IMG/VR virus record: IMGVR_UViG_3300032315_000486
Reading direction: 5' to 3' (one strand)
Origin: a virus
Lineage: Duplodnaviria > Heunggongvirae > Uroviricota > Caudoviricetes
DNA: 64,000 bases
Part shown: in pieces, positions 61,711-64,000 of the stretch
Layout of the letters: every line of letters starts with the position of its first letter
Numbering within the stretch: position 1 is the first letter of the stretch
The notes under the pieces: generated by a model
Told to the model about the DNA's origin: nothing
Databases searched by the model: none
The model's input: the letters and a program-made list of their open reading frames with translations, nothing else
Program-made: the position numbers and the translations under genes

Positions 61711-62433
61711 TTAGGCGTTGACAACCTGCGGCAACTGTGCCTTGCCGTCGATGCCGAGTCGGGTGTTGATTTTCTTCCACACCGCGCCAGCCAGTTCGGC
61801 AGGGGACTTGACAACAGGCATTCGTTTCTTGCGCGACAGCGTCCGCACCAGCAAATCCGATTCGATTTCCACGTCGGACCAAGCGATATGCCGCTCTACA
61901 AATTCCGCTTGACAAAATTCGTATTTGTAAGCGGACTCGGCAGAGGTCGAAACGAATCGGCCAGACGCGCTGGCAGCGGCGACCGTGCCATAATGACGCG
62001 GCACCGATTCGCCCCAGAAATCCCAAATGTCCATCAGTTCCACGCGCTTGTCAAGCCACCGCGTAACCGTGCCGCCCGTCAAGACAGAGACGGTTTCAGG
62101 CAAGTATTTGAAATCAAAGGCAGAATTGTAGGCCGCGCAGATCACTCGATGGCCTGCCACCTGAAATTCGCCAATTTGGCGGTTATACTCCGCGCGAACG
62201 TCCAGCACATCCGCAGGCTGAATCAGCTTGCCATATGCGTCGTCAAAGTAGTGGCCCAGCTTTTCAGCGAAGAAAGGCACATCATGGCGGAACGCCTCGC
62301 GAATCACATACGACCCGCGACCATATTCGCGGCCACGCTTGTCAATGGTTTTCCATGCCACATCAAACGCGATGCGTTTTTTCATGGTGGTTTCAATGTC
62401 AGTCACGACGAACAGGGTGGGCTTATGGGTCAT
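61711..62433 (-). CDS. DEDDh 3'-5' exonuclease (DnaQ-like fold)
   Basis: Exo I LFVVTDIETT (D.E), Exo II ICAAYNSAFDFKYL, Exo III HIAWSDVEIESDL (H....D); start at 62433 consistent with promoter/RBS. Confidence 0.6.
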   Translation of the reverse strand: MTHKPTLFVVTDIETTMKKRIAFDVAWKTIDKRGREYGRGSYVIREAFRHDVPFFAEKLGHYFDDAYGKLIQPADVLDVRAEYNRQIGEFQVAGHRVICAAYNSAFDFKYLPETVSVLTGGTVTRWLDKRVELMDIWDFWGESVPRHYGTVAAASASGRFVSTSAESAYKYEFCQAEFVERHIAWSDVEIESDLLVRTLSRKKRMPVVKSPAELAGAVWKKINTRLGIDGKAQLPQVVNA

Positions 62434-62470
62434 GGCAGGTTTCCTTCGTTGTCTGCGCTTCCTTATGATC

Positions 62471-62499
62471 TTTATACGGTGATTCGCAGGGGGATGCAA
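62471..62499 (-). promoter_or_regulatory. cassette promoter Pm6 (TTGCAT-N17-TATAAA, CGAATC in spacer)
   Basis: minus strand ttgcatccccctgcgaatcaccgtataaa. Confidence 0.5.
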
Positions 62500-62517
62500 C
62501 AACTAAAAAACGCAGCA

Positions 62518-62580
62518 AAATCAAGGGGTTAGCGGCGGGGGCGCCGGGGTGGTTAACCCCTTGTTATTCAATGATTTCTG
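62518..62580. repeat. cassette-boundary dyad element R7
   Basis: aatcaaggggttagcggcgggggcgccggggtggttaaccccttgttattcaatgatttc. Confidence 0.6.
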
Positions 62581-62749
62581 TCCACACCGAAATCTTCTGG
62601 CAAGCCTCATCATATAAGCTATTGTTCACGCCTTCGATATAGAGGTCGATAGCACCCGCCCCTTGGGCAATTACTTCCTCAGGAATTTCCTCGATCCATT
62701 CTGTATCAGTTCCGGCATATCCCATGCTATAACCCATTTTAATCTTCAT
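62564..62749 (-). CDS. hypothetical acidic protein (61 aa)
   Basis: last gene of tricistronic unit. Confidence 0.4.
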   Translation of the reverse strand: MKIKMGYSMGYAGTDTEWIEEIPEEVIAQGAGAIDLYIEGVNNSLYDEACQKISVWTEIIE

Positions 62750-63039
62750 TAGTATTCTCCACTCGGCAAGATGTTTTGATATACAGGACCATTTTCCGCG
62801 ATTTTAATATCCTCATACGGGCCGACGATAACGCGGTTCAGTTCCATTTTAGCGCATTCCAGAGCGCCAACCATTTCATTGACCACGGCGTATTTCAGCC
62901 CTTTAGTGCGGATATAATTGGCGATGAATGTGGAAACCACGAAGTTCAATTCACCCGCATTTTCAGGAATCCAATCAATTCCAACATCTTGCATATCAAG
63001 ATGAATATCTTCGCGCTGTTGTTCGGGGATATACGGCAT
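62749..63039 (-). CDS. hypothetical protein (96 aa)
   Basis: ORF coupled to upstream NDT-like gene. Confidence 0.45.
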   Translation of the reverse strand: MPYIPEQQREDIHLDMQDVGIDWIPENAGELNFVVSTFIANYIRTKGLKYAVVNEMVGALECAKMELNRVIVGPYEDIKIAENGPVYQNILPSGEY

Positions 63040-63040
63040 T

Positions 63041-63487
63041 TTAAGCGACCTTTCTCAGGGTTTCAACATTGCGACCACGGCGGCCAATTTCGGAGGCAAT
63101 GGCGTGATACGCGCCTTTCACCAGATTGTCAGTATCAAGCCAAGTCCAGAGGTGGTGATGCGTAAATGCCACATCCGAAATTGCATTCGGCTTGATAGAG
63201 CGGCAGCTACCGACAGCATACACCGGCTTGCCCATACCGTAGGCCATACCGATTTCAACCAGAGCGCCGCGCTGTTCTTCCGATTGATCCTCAGAGTAGA
63301 GCAGCACGAAGTCCGAGTCGCGCACATCTTCGTAGCACATTTGCCACAGTTGGTCTTTGTGATTGGTGACAATCGGATCATTCTGGTTCAAGTCGATCCA
63401 GCGAGCCTGAACAGGCAGACCCAGCGTGTCACGCAACATTTTGAATTTGTCAGCGTGCCAGATTTTGCCAGCGGTGTAGAATTTCAT
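63041..63487 (-). CDS. nucleoside 2-deoxyribosyltransferase-like (NDT/Rcl fold) protein, GC-rich copy
   Basis: MKFYTAGKIW....SDFVLLYSEDQSEEQRGALVEIGMAYGMGKPVYAV matches NDT-like pattern; aaaaggaacctgccATG RBS. Confidence 0.5.
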   Translation of the reverse strand: MKFYTAGKIWHADKFKMLRDTLGLPVQARWIDLNQNDPIVTNHKDQLWQMCYEDVRDSDFVLLYSEDQSEEQRGALVEIGMAYGMGKPVYAVGSCRSIKPNAISDVAFTHHHLWTWLDTDNLVKGAYHAIASEIGRRGRNVETLRKVA

Positions 63488-63519
63488 GGCAGGTTCCTTT
63501 TCTCTCTTGCCGATGATTA

Positions 63520-63548
63520 TGTATAGGCCGATTCGTTGGGCATTACAA
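63520..63548 (-). promoter_or_regulatory. cassette promoter Pm7 (TTGTAA-N17-TATACA, CGAATC in spacer)
   Basis: minus strand ttgtaatgcccaacgaatcggcctataca. Confidence 0.55.
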
Positions 63549-63565
63549 CAGAAAAGAATCGTTGT

Positions 63566-63620
63566 GAATCAATGGGTTAGCCGCGGGGGCGCCCCGCCCC
63601 GTAAGTTGTTGAAATCATTC
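63566..63620. repeat. cassette-boundary dyad element R8
   Basis: aatcaatgggttagccgcgggggcgccccgccccgtaagttgttgaaatcattc. Confidence 0.6.
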
Positions 63621-63660
63621 AGAAAAATGTGGGGGAACCTGTGCGGTTCCCCCTTGACGG

Positions 63661-64000
63661 TCAGGCCGATTCGGTTTCATCCTCATCGGCGGGCGCTTCG
63701 TCCTGCGACTCAGCCAGCGCGATAACGTGCGCGATGGCTTCCTTCGTGGCACCCATCAGTCCCGACACGTCGAAGCCAACCAGCGACTCGAGCTGATTCA
63801 GAAGTTCCTTCTTCGTCGGACCTTCTTCCTTCTTCGCCTTGGGCTTTTCAGCCGCGGCGACGTAAACGCCTTCGCGCACCAGCTTCGAGCGGACCGAACG
63901 GACGGGCTTGCCGAGAGTCTCAGCAATCGTATCCAGACCTTCGTTGCCGAGGTCCGCATACATTTGGAGCATGGTTTCCACCATAGCTTCCGTGTAGTTC
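63661..64000 (-). CDS. small conserved protein, paralog family A (GC-rich copy 2), 5' end beyond window
   Basis: ...NYTEAMVETMLQMYADLGNEGLDTIAETLGKPVRSVRSKLVREGVYV...KKELLNQLESLVGFD; alignment with 60647 copy shows N-terminus continues past 64000. Confidence 0.5.
   Translation of the reverse strand, partial: NYTEAMVETMLQMYADLGNEGLDTIAETLGKPVRSVRSKLVREGVYVAAAEKPKAKKEEGPTKKELLNQLESLVGFDVSGLMGATKEAIAHVIALAESQDEAPADEDETESA

Overview
This window looks like an accessory or early region of a large virulent tailed dsDNA phage. It falls into four compositionally distinct parts.

(1) 1-53.9 kb is AT-rich and almost entirely plus-strand. It holds about 130 small-to-medium genes interleaved with about 31 tRNA or tRNA-like genes (4.3-21.7 kb) that decode all 20 amino acids. 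Recognisable genes include NAD-dependent DNA ligase, a GH19 endolysin with a PG-binding domain, HNH endonucleases, dUTPase, NadV/NatV NAD+ salvage, metallophosphoesterases, a TilS-like lysidine synthetase, a Dps-like protein, an Ro60/TROVE-vWA-like protein, an SPFH protein, a nucleotide-sugar cluster, two nucleoside 2-deoxyribosyltransferase-like proteins and a T4 gp1-like dNMP kinase.

(2) 53.96-56.75 kb is a minus-strand operon of higher GC: a GT4 glycosyltransferase, an LpxH-like phosphoesterase and two Gly/Thr-rich proteins.

(3) 56.75-58.55 kb is a 1.8 kb ORF-free control region. It is packed with TTGCAA-N3-TTGCAA-type palindromes, 60-bp tandem repeats, iteron-like repeats and two intrinsic terminators.

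(4) 58.55-64 kb is GC-rich (about 50-60%) and carries about 16 small minus-strand genes. They are organised as about 7 transcription units (some bi- or tricistronic). Each unit has its own sigma70-like promoter with a conserved CGAATC spacer motif and is bounded by a conserved ~55-bp GC-rich dyad element centred on GGGGCGCC(CC). The array includes a three-member paralogous small-protein family. One ameliorated copy with the same promoter type sits at 3.3 kb.

Products were inferred by eye from motifs; no database search was run.
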